NCBI GenBank assembly: GCA_964016885.1
Contig: OZ024751.1
Location: 18,476,001-18,540,000 of the forward strand
Origin: Eledone cirrhosa
Taxonomy: Eukaryota
Direction of reading: 5' to 3'
Length of the DNA stretch: 64,000 bases
The stretch's first letter is position 1. The number at the start of each line of letters is the position of its first letter. Shown here piece by piece: positions 40,659 to 53,841 of this stretch. The position numbers were made by a program, and so were the translations under genes. The notes below the pieces were generated by a model that saw only the letters and a program-made list of their open reading frames with translations, did no database searches and was not told the DNA's origin.

Positions 40659-41538
40659 TATATAATAATGAATGGGTTAATGCATATGAAGCATGTATAT
40701 GAACATCGATTGGGGCAGTGTGTTTCATATTTTGTGGTTCATTGAATCCTTTGTTCCCAATTTAACAAAGTCGACGAACCTGGCCTATAGAAATATGACA
40801 TGCGTTGCCTCATATATAATGTCTATTTTGTATTATATATTTTTATCTGTGAGGGGAACTCGTGTGTTGGATGAAGTAAATTACAGTATTTCGTTTCGGA
40901 ACAGTACATCCTGGTTTCGAATCACACCGACGTCAACATTAGCTGTCACCCTCTGGCAGACATGCTGACCCCTAAAAGCCCAAACGGGGAGTAAGCAAAA
41001 TGGGGAGAATTTACATTATGAAAGCTATACCCATTTTCACAAGAGAATACATCTCTTACATACCCCCAAAACTGGGTAGGAGATCTCCCGTCGGACGGAG
41101 AGAGTTAACAGGTCTGCTTCAGGGATAGATAGATAGATTAAAATACCAGTTAAGTACTGGGGTCTATATAATCGATATCGTCAGCCTCCCCCAAATTCCT
41201 GGCCTTGTTCCTAAATCCGAAACCATTACATATTTTGGTTTGTAAAATCCGTTCAATTTTATTAACTCCTCGATATATTATACAATACTTTAATACTGTT
41301 TTTGGCTCGATGTTGTAATCACGAAATGTTCAACAGCAACCGATGGACATCTCATCTGCAAGTAAAGAAACATAAATAAATTAATTAATGAATATATATA
41401 TATATTTATATATAGGGTGTCCCAAAAAATGTACACACACTTCAACAGTATTCTAATAAATATTGTCTGTGTAGGTAATCTAAGTGTGTATACATTTTGA
41501 ACATATATATATATATGTATATTTATATATATATATAC

Positions 41539-41586
<48 letters not shown>

Positions 41587-41623
41587 TATATAACATATAT
41601 ATATATATGACATATAATATATG

Positions 41624-41663
<40 letters not shown>

Positions 41664-41664
41664 T

Positions 41665-42030
41665 ATAGGAACCAGTAAGACCCCGACAGCTGAGCTCAAG
41701 CCGTTTCGACGGCTAATTAGCCGTCGAAACGGCTTGAGCTCAGCTGTCGGGGTCTTACTGGTTCCTATTACCCACTCTACTACCTCAAGTATTGAGTACT
41801 ATGGTACGTTATGGTCCATCTGGTTCCTTACCACACTTCCTTCGTTATATATATATATATATATATATATAACGCACCATAGTACTCAATACTTAGGGTA
41901 GTAGAGTGAGTAATAGGAAAATGTATGACCCAGACGGCAGAGCTCAAGCCGTTTCGACGGCTATTTCTGGACGTCCAGAAATACCCGTCGAAACGGCTTG
42001 AGCTCTGCCGTGGGGTCATACATTTTCCTA
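41665..42030. repeat. Two palindromic copies of a (TA)n-associated family carrying a 3' half-hammerhead
   Basis: Perfect 104-bp palindrome 41665-41768 and imperfect one ~41914-42030. Other copies at 6150-6230, 16293-16450, 22587-22722, 28312-28465, 56455-56597 and 58788-58855. Confidence 0.85.
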
Positions 42031-42044
42031 TATATATATATATG

Positions 42045-42126
<82 letters not shown>

Positions 42127-42262
42127 CATATATGTGTATTTGTGTATAAACGTCAGATATACACGCAGATTTAGCTTCACACTTAAACCACAATTTTAAT
42201 TCAAAGACAGGAATTTCCCATACACACACACACGTACTCACACACACACACATACACACACA

Positions 42263-42303
<41 letters not shown>

Positions 42304-42628
42304 ATACTCACCATGCAATGTGAATGAGACACTATGTGTAGCAGAAATGCTGCCGCATAACAATATATTATATAGTGAAATGTCTGCTGTGTTATGTTAT
42401 ATAGAACTGATTAAGAACAGCACAGATTCCCTTTAAGACGGTAACCAGTATCTTCTTCTCACATAACCACAGTAATATAGCAGTGAAGTGTAGACGTATT
42501 AGTAGTAGTGTGATAATGGTATTGCTGTGCTTATTTTGGAAGCGTTCTGGTTGTAGTTGAGTGGTAGTGTGGAGGTTGTGGTTGCGGCTGTAGTAGGAAA
42601 CTGTAATAACAGTAGAGCTTCCCTGTAA

Positions 42629-42859
42629 CCCTTTAGCATTCACATTACTCTATATATATACTATTGTATTTTCACAGTAAAGGCTTTATCCCACATAATA
42701 TCTCACATACTATCGAATCTATGAGATTTTGAATCTATGAGATTTTTTTATTTTTAGAACACTACCTTAACATTAGTATCAGTGGCAAATTACAACCGGT
42801 TTGAACCCAAAAAGATGATAGAATTCTGGCCGGTTGTGGCCGGTTTAAATGCTAAAGGG
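42629..42859. mobile_element. piggyBac-type MITE
   Basis: TIR CCCTTTAGCATT / AATGCTAAAGGG with degenerate TTAA flanks (gtaa / ttca). Confidence 0.65.
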
Positions 42860-43460
42860 TTCAGACAACAACCAGCATTACCAGAGTAAGATAGTAGTGA
42901 AGAATAGTGATAGTAGTTGTTTAGTAATGGTAGTAGTTTTTCAGTAACGGAAGTCTTATTGTAGTGGCTGTTGTTGTAATAACGAACTATGTAAGAACAA
43001 TGGAACTTCTCTTTAAGACATTAATTTATTCTCTCATAACAGTAATTTAGATAGAAGAGGTATGGGTGGTAGTAAATGTGTGGTAGTTTGTCTGGATGTG
43101 TTATTTTTTGTTGTGGTTCTGGCTGTGGTTGATTTAGAGAGTTGGATAAGTAACAGCTCTCCTTTAAGGCACTAAGCATGTTTTCTCAGAAGGACAGTCA
43201 TGTAGCTGAGGTGTGTAGTGGATGTAGTTGTAAGGTGGTGGTCATGTAGGTATTGTTGTAGTTGTAGTTTTTGGTTGTGTTAAACATGTGTGGTGAAGAA
43301 ACCTTTTACCACATACCTCTGTTTCATTTTTGTGATTCTGTGAAAGCATGTTTAATGCTTTAAAGGAAAACTGTTTTCCTACGCAGTTCGCTAACACAAC
43401 CTAAACCACAATTGTAACAATACCACTACTTGAAAAATACCTCCAACCTGACCACCACTG

Positions 43461-43730
43461 GAGGCGTTTGGCCTTGTGGAAAGGGTGTTGGACTTACGAC
43501 CATAATGCCGTAGGTTCCATTCCTGGACTAGGTTGCGTGTTGTGTTCTTGAGTAAAACACTTCATTTGACGTTGCTGCAGTATACTCACCTGAAAATTGA
43601 GTACCATCATTTAACCCTACGAAGGACTGGCATCATTTCAATGAGGTAGTCTTATACTCTCAATCGTTTCACGCCATGAACCGAGATAAGCACCAACCTG
43701 ACGAGTCCTCTGGCTTGAGACACAGTCTTT
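43461..43730 (+). mobile_element. SINE family B
   Basis: Aligns with 30370-30625. Confidence 0.7.
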
Positions 43731-44015
43731 AGGTGTGTGGTGGTTGTAGTATCTTAGTGGTTAGATTGTAGGTATTTTTGTGATATTATTGCAGCTGTGA
43801 TGTTGGTTGTGGTAGAGAAATATGTAAGAACCGTTGAGATTTCCTTTAAGGTACTAAACATATAGAGCAGAAGTGTGTAGTGGTATCAATTGTGTTGTTG
43901 TTGTTGTTTATCTGTAGATTTTGACGTCGTAGTTGTAGCAAAATCGGTAGAGAATCGGACACCATGCTTTGCAGCATAGAATTATATATGTATATATATA
44001 TATATATATACACAC

Positions 44016-44060
<45 letters not shown>

Positions 44061-44696
44061 TTATCTATCAGAGACAGACTAATAAAACATAGGGTGTAGT
44101 TTGAGTGTGTGTATGAGGGGGATCTGGCTGCTATTTTATGCAAGTGGGAATGACCTGATCGGGTAGGTTTCCCTATCAGGTCATCTTGTGGTCAGTTGAT
44201 GAAGGAAACTGGCTGCAAACATGGAGGTTGTTCATTATTTAGCTGGATGATCTGAGTTCAAGTCCCGTTAAGGTTTACTTTGCCTTTCATCCTTACGGGG
44301 TCGATAAAATAAAGTACCAGTCACGCACTAGGGTCGATTTAATCGACTTCCCCCCAAACAAAAATTGCTGGCCCTGTGCCTATATAACAAAGCATTATTG
44401 TAGTTGTTGTTGCGATAGTCGTGCTGTTGCGGTAGTGGTATTGTCGTCATTGTGGTGGTGTTTGTGATAGAGAACTGTGTAAGGACGGCAGGGATATATA
44501 TATATGGAGTCGATATCTTGAGCAAATCTTCTGCGAAACGCGCGTAACTGGTATATTCACAATAAAAAACATATATCCGTGTAAACAAAACTTCATCGTT
44601 TTTCTTTATATATATATATGTACGTATGGGTTTACCGATTAAGCCGTACAGTGTTCGGCAAACATCGTTGCCCTTTTGTTCAACACTGACAAAGGA

Positions 44697-44739
44697 ACGA
44701 TGTACTAGTTTCAAGCTTATTAGCTATCGTCAGCATCGT
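44697..44739 (-). ncRNA. Compact type I hammerhead ribozyme
   Basis: ACGATG-CTGACGA-T-AGCT-AATA-AGCT-T-GAAA-CTAG-TA^CATCGT; perfect 6-bp stem I, palindromic ACTAGT stem III. Confidence 0.78.
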
Positions 44740-44779
44740 ATACTTTCCTGCCAGATGACTGAACGTCTGAAAGTACATA

Positions 44780-44832
<53 letters not shown>

Positions 44833-44887
44833 GACGTAAAATAAGAAAATATTTTTTTAAAAAAATTTTTTACTTACTTAAATTTTC

Positions 44888-44969
44888 ACTCCAACTAATT
44901 AGTTTCTGCAATGGGATAAAGACAGTTACGTAATCCAACTGTCGAGAATTCATTGCGTCATCAGGGAGT
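44888..44969 (-). ncRNA. Type I hammerhead ribozyme (dimer copy 1)
   Basis: ACTCC-CTGATGA-C-GCAATG..GACAGTT..AACTGTC..CATTGC-A-GAAA-CTAATTAG-TT^GGAGT. Confidence 0.8.
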
Positions 44970-45455
44970 CTATTCTCAGTTAAGTCTCCAGGCAATGCGC
45001 GGACACTGGCGGCTCATATAAAAATAATAATAATTCGGTAGATCGAACAGCTTGCGAGGACTGGATTCTATGTACCGAAATTCTCACTGCTTCAAGTCAA
45101 ATGGCCGATTCTAAAGAATCAATCACGTGACACAGAGGCTAGTTAGAAGGAATGGGATGGTAAGATGACTGACGCCTACTAACACCCCAAAAAAAAAAAA
45201 AAAAAAATTTTTTTAGAAGTGGTTTTGACAAGTTTGCTCGACAAATCAGTGATTTGGAGATAAATATAGATAATTTAATATATCAACTAACATAAGCGCA
45301 CAGATGCACGCCCATGCCAGCAAATACACAGGTTATGTCATAGTACCTAGGTGGTTCAATGCAGGAGAATGCAGAACAATAATATAAAGGACGTAAAATA
45401 AGAAAATATTTTTTTTTTAAAATTTTAAAAAAATTTTTTACTTACTTAAATTTTC

Positions 45456-45537
45456 ACTCCAACTAATTAGTTTCTGCAATGGGATAAAGACAGTTACGTA
45501 ATCCAACTGTCGAGAATTCATTGCGTCATCAGGGAGT
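45456..45537 (-). ncRNA. Type I hammerhead ribozyme (dimer copy 2)
   Basis: Identical to 44888-44969. Confidence 0.8.
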
Positions 45538-45959
45538 CTATTCTCAGTTAAGTCTCCAGGCAATGCGCGGACACTGGCGGCTCATATAAAAATAATAATA
45601 ATTCGGTAGATCGAACAGCTTGCGAGGACTGGATTCTATGTACCGAAATTCTCACTGCTTCAAGTCAAATGGCCGATTCTAAAGAATCAATCACGTGACA
45701 CAGAGGCTAGTTAGAAGGAATGGGATGGTAAGATGACTGACGCCTACTAACACCCCAAAAAAAAATTTTTTTAGAAGTGGTTTTGACAAGTTTGCTCGAC
45801 AAATCAGTGATTTGGAGATAAATATAGATAATTTAATATATCAACTAACATAAGCGCACAGATGCACGCCCATGCCAGCAAATACACAGGTTATGTCATA
45901 GTACCTAGGTGGTTCAATGCAGGAGAATGCAGAACAATAATATAAAGGACGTAAAGTGG

Positions 45960-46172
45960 TCGTGGAGGTGCCACGGCAAAAAAGCACCCAGTAAATGAGG
46001 TTGGTGTTAGGAAGGGCATCCAGCTGTAGAATTCAACCCAGAATCAGTTCCCGTATGAGCAAGACAAGGTCGCCCGACATAACATTACCCACAACAGGAC
46101 AACACGCCTAACCCATGCTAGCGTGGAAGAATGAACTTAAAACGGAGATGATGATGATGATGATGATGATGA
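45960..46172 (+). mobile_element. 3' part of another SINE (Meta-domain-like aggaagggcatccagc) with (GAT)n tail
   Basis: ggttggtgttaggaagggcatccagctgtagaa...cccatgctagcgtggaa..(gat)n. Confidence 0.55.
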
Positions 46173-46497
46173 TATATATATATAATTAGGCCTAATATCC
46201 GTAGAGATAACCATTCTTGTAATCGATAAATCAATAAACCAATCAATCAATCAATCAATCGCTTACTTAATCCAGTCAATTATTCAATCTATATCAATGT
46301 ATTGATACGTTGCGATCACTTGGGAACTTCAATCACTATGGAGACTGATGAATCTTTTGGATTCATTGATCTGCTGGGAACAGAGAAATTGATACATACT
46401 AGACGCCATCACACACGTATATACATGTACATACACATATATACACACACACACTCACACATACACATATATACACACACACACTCACCCTCTCTCT

Positions 46498-46602
<105 letters not shown>

Positions 46603-46611
46603 ACACATATA

Positions 46612-46712
46612 TAGGGTGTACCCCAAAAATGTATACCCACTTGAACAGCATTCTGATAACTATTGTCTGTACAGGTAATCAATGTGTGTATACATTTTTC
46701 GGGGACACCCTG
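46612..46712. mobile_element. Tc1/mariner-type MITE (truncated copy ~41413-41502)
   Basis: TIR agggtgt.cccaaaaatgtatac / gtatacatttttcggggacaccctg with TA flanks. Confidence 0.75.
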
Positions 46713-46755
46713 TATATAATATATATAATATATATATATAATATATATAATATAT

Positions 46756-46851
<96 letters not shown>

Positions 46852-46853
46852 AT

Positions 46854-46884
<31 letters not shown>

Positions 46885-46885
46885 A

Positions 46886-47021
<136 letters not shown>

Positions 47022-47040
47022 ATATTTATATATATATATA

Positions 47041-47092
<52 letters not shown>

Positions 47093-47093
47093 T

Positions 47094-47127
<34 letters not shown>

Positions 47128-47198
47128 AAAAACATGAGAAGAAAGAAGAATACTCCGTGGTTTGCACATGGGTTACATATGATAAAAATATATATATA

Positions 47199-47277
<79 letters not shown>

Positions 47278-48158
47278 TGTATATACATATATATATATAT
47301 ATATATACATATGTATATATATATACATATGTATATATATATACATATGAAGAATTATATTAGACAGATACGTAGATAGATAGAAGATCGATACGTAGAT
47401 ACAAGCATAGATGGCTAGAGAGACCGATAGATAGATCGATAGATAGATAGATCTAGATAAACACACACATATGTATATGTTTGCATGTGTGTGTGTGTGA
47501 GCGTGTGTCCGTCTATGAGTGTGTGGTGGTGTGTTTTTTCATGCTTATGGGTCCATATATGTGTATGTGTGGGTTTTTTTTGTGTGTGTATGTGTGTTTG
47601 TTTGTGTGTGGGTGGGTGTGTGTGTGTTTGTATGTGCGTGTGTGTGTGGGGGTGCATGCGTGTGTGTGTGTGTGTGTATGTGTGTTTGTTTGTGTGTGGG
47701 TGGGTGTGTGGGTGTTTGTGTGTATGTGGGGGGGTGCATGTGTGTTTGTGTGCATGTGTGTGTGTGTGTGTGTGTATGTGTGTTTGTTTGTGTGTGGGTG
47801 GGTGTGTGTGTGTGTTTGTATGTATGTGTGGGGGGCGTGCATGTGTGTGTGTGTGTGTGTGTGTATGTGTGTGTGTGTGTGTGAAGTATGAACAAATTTC
47901 TCGTTTCCCAATAGATCAATGAATGCAATACTTTGAACAATTTTTATAGTGATCGAAGTTCTCAAGTGATTGCAATGTATTGATACATTGATATAAATTG
48001 AATAATTGACTGGATTAGGTGATCGATCGATTGATTGAGTGGCCAATTGATTTATTGATTTCAATGTTGATTATTTACATAGATATCACGTCATCTGATA
48101 TATATATATATGTATATAGATATATGTATATATATATATATATGTATATATATGTATA

Positions 48159-48190
<32 letters not shown>

Positions 48191-48233
48191 AATATGTATA
48201 TAACATATATATATATACATATATATATATATG

Positions 48234-48304
<71 letters not shown>

Positions 48305-48346
48305 GTATGTATGTATATATATATATATATATATATATAATGTATG

Positions 48347-48387
<41 letters not shown>

Positions 48388-48533
48388 TCTTATATAGGCA
48401 CAGGGCCAGTATATTTGGGGGGAGGGGGAAGTCGATTAAATCGACCCCAGTGCGTGACTGGTACTTTATTTTATCGTATCGACTCCGTATAGATGAAAGG
48501 CAAAGTTAACCTCGGTGGGATTTGATTTCAGAT

Positions 48534-48576
<43 letters not shown>

Positions 48577-48578
<2 letters not shown>

Positions 48579-49158
48579 TAACATGTATCCCAGTACAACC
48601 TGTCTCATGGTCGGGTCGTTGGCGACTAAACTGGCAACCCCACCAAGGTTTCTTGGTGAGGAGGGTGACTTTGGACATCCTGCAGGACTAAAAACAAAAC
48701 CTGTCAAAGGGCAAAGGAGCTCTTAAGAGTCAATGGCCATCCAAAATCACCGGGAGAGATGACCCCTTAGCCTTTGTCAAGGCAGAATTCTAGGAGAAGG
48801 AAAACTCTGATATAACACCTGCAACCTTGATGGTATCCAATGATGTTGACTTGTTCTTCTTTTTGGTAAATATCATCTTGTTTAAGAGAGTGGGACTGGC
48901 TTTGTGCAGTGCCTTTGCTCACTATAAAAGCTTCACGGCACAGGCATTGCTTTATATCTGGAGATCTCTCTGCACTTGTCCTCACATGGTACCATGGGCC
49001 CAGCACTATGTGTCAATAATTGTCACAAGTGTAGTGTTTGTACCAGAGTTTTCAAGTCGCTGGCTGGACTAAAAAGTCACACTCATGCAGCGCTTCGGTA
49101 GGGGTTCTCCTACATGGATATAAAGTAGTGGCCGTACTCGAAAACGAGTTGGCAGCCA

Positions 49159-49160
<2 letters not shown>
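48577..49160 (+). mobile_element. Bipartite non-autonomous RTE-derived element (longest copy)
   Basis: RTE 5'UTR-like ctaggagaaggaaaactctga joined to a 3' zinc-finger remnant CSVCTRVFKSLAGLKSH and a hairpin tail; ends in (TA)n. Confidence 0.7.
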
Positions 49161-49255
<95 letters not shown>

Positions 49256-49425
49256 TGAAAAATGGCATGCTGTGCTGTTGCGGATGTGATACATATGACT
49301 TAAAAAATAGAGTAAGAAGCCAGGACTATCCATCATCAGTGATCTTCTGACACCTGAGGCCAGCGCCAGCAATAACTAAGTAAGGTTATTGGGATAAAAA
49401 GAATTGCGTATATATATAATAGTAA

Positions 49426-49755
49426 TAATTGTTTCTACTTTTGGCACAAGGCCAGCAATTATCCCAGTGTATTACTGGTACTTTATTTTATCGACCTCTT
49501 AAGGATGAAAGGCAAAGTTAACCTCGGCGGGTTTTGAACTTAGTCCGTAAAGGGACGTAACTGTGCTGCAAAGCATGGCGTCCGATCCTCTACCGATACT
49601 GCCAATTGTAATAATTGTTTCTACTTTAGGCACAAGGCCAGCAATTACCCAGTACATTACTGGTACTTTACTGGTACTTTATTTTATCGACCCCGTAAGG
49701 ATGAAAGGCAAAGTTAACCTCGGCGGGATTTGAACTCAGACTGTAAAGGGACGTT
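49426..49755 (-). mobile_element. Two tandem family A SINEs
   Basis: Motif match. Confidence 0.8.
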
Positions 49756-50162
49756 AGTAATAATACTAGGACGAATGGTTACTCTTTCATTACGTTTATT
49801 GGTTGGTGACGCGCGTTTCTGATGAGCTCACGGTTCGAACTATATCGATCTGGCTCGACTCCGGAATTGAAAGCTCGTCGGACTTCTGTAGTAGCAATAT
49901 ATTTATATATTTGTGTCTGTGTTTGCATGCGGGTAAGTCGGGGTGGTATTCCCGATTATTTGCTGGGGTTGTTTTTTTCTACATGCTTTACACGTTCTTT
50001 ACACTAATTTCAAGATCGCAAAACTAATTTATTGTGTGCCTGAAAAAATGAAATGATTTCGTGTAACATTTAGTCTTGATTGGGCTACTTCAGATAAATC
50101 GACCCTCTCGCGTTGGTTTCCGGTATAAACGACATTGGTTTAGCTTTCTAATAGATATATCT

Positions 50163-50216
<54 letters not shown>

Positions 50217-50310
50217 TGTCAACATGAATGGGCCTGTTATTTTTATCTAAAGACATATATTTCCAATTCAACCCCGCCCCTCCCTGCAATCTATCTTATT
50301 TCTCATTCTT

Positions 50311-50346
50311 TCTTCTGATGAAGGACTAGCGTCCGAAACGTTAAGA
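50311..50346 (+). ncRNA. Minimal type I hammerhead motif (36 nt; needs dimerisation for stem III)
   Basis: TCTT-CTGATGA-A-GGAC-TAGC-GTCC-GAAA-CG-TT^AAGA. Element 50218-50432 is homologous to 20235-20447. Confidence 0.75.
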
Positions 50347-51067
50347 CCCTCTTCCTGTTATTTCAAGCGTTAACCTAATATATTCCTTCCATATACTGTA
50401 CCGATTGTGTTGTTATTTTTCTTTATCTTTTACATACATACATACATACCCCCCCCCCCTCCACACACACACACACAGACACGTACATACACACACACAC
50501 ACGCATATATATATATAATATATATATATATGTGTGTGTGTGTGTAGAGATGGCTTCTACAAGGCTAGGACTGTTTTATTGGGGTGAAATCATCACAGCT
50601 TCCTGGAGATTTCTCCCGAATGAAACAGTTCTAGTCCTGTAGAAGCGATTTCTTTATTAAATATGTATACTCTGCTATGTATTGAGTACCTTACTTACTG
50701 TGGTTACCCCTGATTGAACTCGGGATAAACATATATAGTTAGTATTCTTTCACCCTAGCGAATCTGGTCCCTTACGATTTGAACAAATATATGTATATAT
50801 CTGTGTTTATCTCTCTTTTATATTCAATTATATTACACGGCTCAGAAAAACCTCTTTCTTTGAGCTATTTAATTGTAAGAGACTATTTTGAGTTTCTAAC
50901 TCAATATATAGCTTTGATATATATATATATATATATATATTATTATTATTATTATTATTATTACCCGCCGAGGTTGACTTTGCCTTTCATCCTGACTGGG
51001 TCGATAAAATAAAGTACCAGTAATGCACTGGGTAATTGCTGGCCTTGTGCCAAAAGTAGAAACAATT

Positions 51068-51239
51068 ATTATTATAAATGTAAGCTATCGCCGTATTTTG
51101 ACTAAAGAAATTAAAGAGATTATTTAGCCTGATACTCATCTTTTTCCATTTCTCCGAGGGTTCTTAACCCCACTATCAGGCTAAATAATCTCTTTAATTT
51201 CTTTAGTCAAAATACGACGATAGCTTACATTTATAATAA
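51068..51239. repeat. Inverted repeat with ~65-bp near-perfect arms
   Basis: ttataaatgtaagctatcg..gagattatttagcctgata / tatcaggctaaataatctc..cgatagcttacatttataa. Confidence 0.85.
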
Positions 51240-51275
51240 TTTCAAACCCGCTCGCTGTTTCAAAAATATTCTTAC

Positions 51276-51338
<63 letters not shown>

Positions 51339-51727
51339 TCGCCTGGCATCCTAGAAATATCGGTGTTCTAAACTTTACATGTCTTTCTGTTGGAATTTTT
51401 CTATCTTCAGGACCACTTTAACTGATTTTCTCAACATTTATTCATTGTGATCAACTATAATTATAGTTATTTACGTTGTCTCTAAATTTTCTAATTCCAA
51501 ATTACAGAATCCATAAGGCAGTTGGATGTCTTATGGAGTTTTCTGACTAAGGCTAGAAGAGGTAACTAGCCAAAACCAGTCGATCATCTATTTTTGCTAA
51601 TATATATATAGTATAAACAAAGTTTCATACTAAATAAACTCTCTTCGAACAGATTGATAACTGTTTTCCTTGATTTTTCATCTACGGATTTCTACCAACG
51701 TATATATATATATATTTATATATCTGT

Positions 51728-51962
51728 GGAGGCACATGGCCTAGTGGTAATGGTGTTCGATTTACGATCATAATATGGGTTCTATTCCTGGGTTGCGTGT
51801 TGTGTTCTTGAGCAAAACACTTCACTTCACGTTGCCTCAGTATACTCAGCTGAAAATGAGTACCAGCAATAGCTGGGGGTTTAGCCCTGCGATAGACTGG
51901 CATGAAACCGGGATAAGCACCGGCCAAATGAGCCTTCTGGCTTAAGACAAACTTTAGACTTT
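51728..51962 (+). mobile_element. SINE family B (internal deletion)
   Basis: Aligns with 30370-30625. Confidence 0.75.
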
Positions 51963-51971
51963 TTATGCATA

Positions 51972-52124
<153 letters not shown>

Positions 52125-52412
52125 ATGATGCTTTTATATTCCTTTGGTTTTGGTCTTTCGTTGTGACTTTTCTAAATATTTATCCATAATTATCATATCA
52201 TAATATATCCCTATATGATACGGACGAATATCACATAGATATTACTTCTACCTCTGTATTAAGGTAGGTTTTGATGTTTCACATCAAAACCTTAACTGGA
52301 TTGTATGAGTTTATTTCAACCCAACGGTGCAACTGTCTATAACACACAAACTAGAATGTGTACTGAGGCATTGTTGGATGTTTGGGGAGAATTGTATGTA
52401 TATATATATATA

Positions 52413-52822
52413 CGGGAGAGATGACCCTTTAGCCTTTGTCAAGGCAGAATTCTAGGAGAAGGGAAACTCTGATATAACACCTGCAACCCTGATGGTATCC
52501 AATGATGTTGACTTGTTCTTCTTTTTGGTAAATATCATCTTGGTTAAGAGAGTGGGACTGGCTTTGTGCAGTGCCTTTGCTCACTATAAAAGCTTCACGG
52601 CACAGGCATTGCTTTATATCTAGAGATCTCTCTGCACTTGTCGTCACATGGTACCATGGGCCCAGCACTATGTGTCAATAATTGTCACAAGTGTAGTGTT
52701 TGTACCAGAGTTTTCAAGTCGCTGGCTGGACTAAAAAGTCACACTTGTTTAGCGTATCGGTAGGGGTTCTCCTACATGGATATAAAGTAGTGGCCGTACT
52801 CGAAAACGAGCTGGCAGCCACC
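52413..52822 (+). mobile_element. 5'-truncated copy of the bipartite RTE element
   Basis: High identity to 48751-49160, same 3' end. Confidence 0.8.
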
Positions 52823-53188
52823 ATATACGAATGCATGTATGGATGGATGTATGTATATACGAATATATGTATGTGTGTATGTATGTATGTATGGATGTAT
52901 GGATGGATGGATGTATATACGAATGTATGTATGTGTGTATGTATATATGTATGTATGGATATATATTTCTATGTATGAATGCACGTGTTCATTTGTGTGT
53001 TTATATGTATGCATGTATAAATCTCTGTATGAATGAATGAACGTATATATATATACATACATATATATATATATGTGTGTGTATGTTTGTGTGTTTGTCT
53101 ATACACGCATTTACATATAATTCTTTTTAACACACAGAATAATTATAATAATATGTTCTGAATATGAGAAGGCGTATATATAGATATA

Positions 53189-53272
<84 letters not shown>

Positions 53273-53357
53273 CACATATATATATACATATACATATGCA
53301 TATATATATATACATATGCACACACATATATATATACATATATATATATATACATGA

Positions 53358-53393
<36 letters not shown>

Positions 53394-53402
53394 TTATACA
53401 CA

Positions 53403-53458
<56 letters not shown>

Positions 53459-53770
53459 ACATATAACATATATGTGCGCACGCTTGTGTGCACGGGCGTG
53501 TATCTTGGTGTCTGTGTGAAATATTATAACACCTGTCTATTTCGGTTGATGTTAATGCAGTTCGATGCATCTCCAGTCTCTAATGCACATGTGAAATGCA
53601 TCAAATGCAATATACAATATACAATATAGCCGTGTTGATACAACGTGTCCTACTATATTTGAACACGCCAGATTTCCTGCTGTCTACACGTGAAATACTA
53701 TCTTGTCTTAACTACTATTGTCATACACAATGTAGAAATACGCCATTGACAGCGCCTGCATATATATATA

Positions 53771-53841
<71 letters not shown>

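Larger units (their letters stand above)
44825..45955 (-). mobile_element. Head-to-tail dimer of a ~557-bp non-coding unit plus 16-bp terminal redundancy, one HHR per unit (Penelope pLTR / retrozyme-like)
   Basis: atataaaggacgtaaa at 44825, 45382 and 45940; the units differ visibly only in A/T-run regions. Confidence 0.85.
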
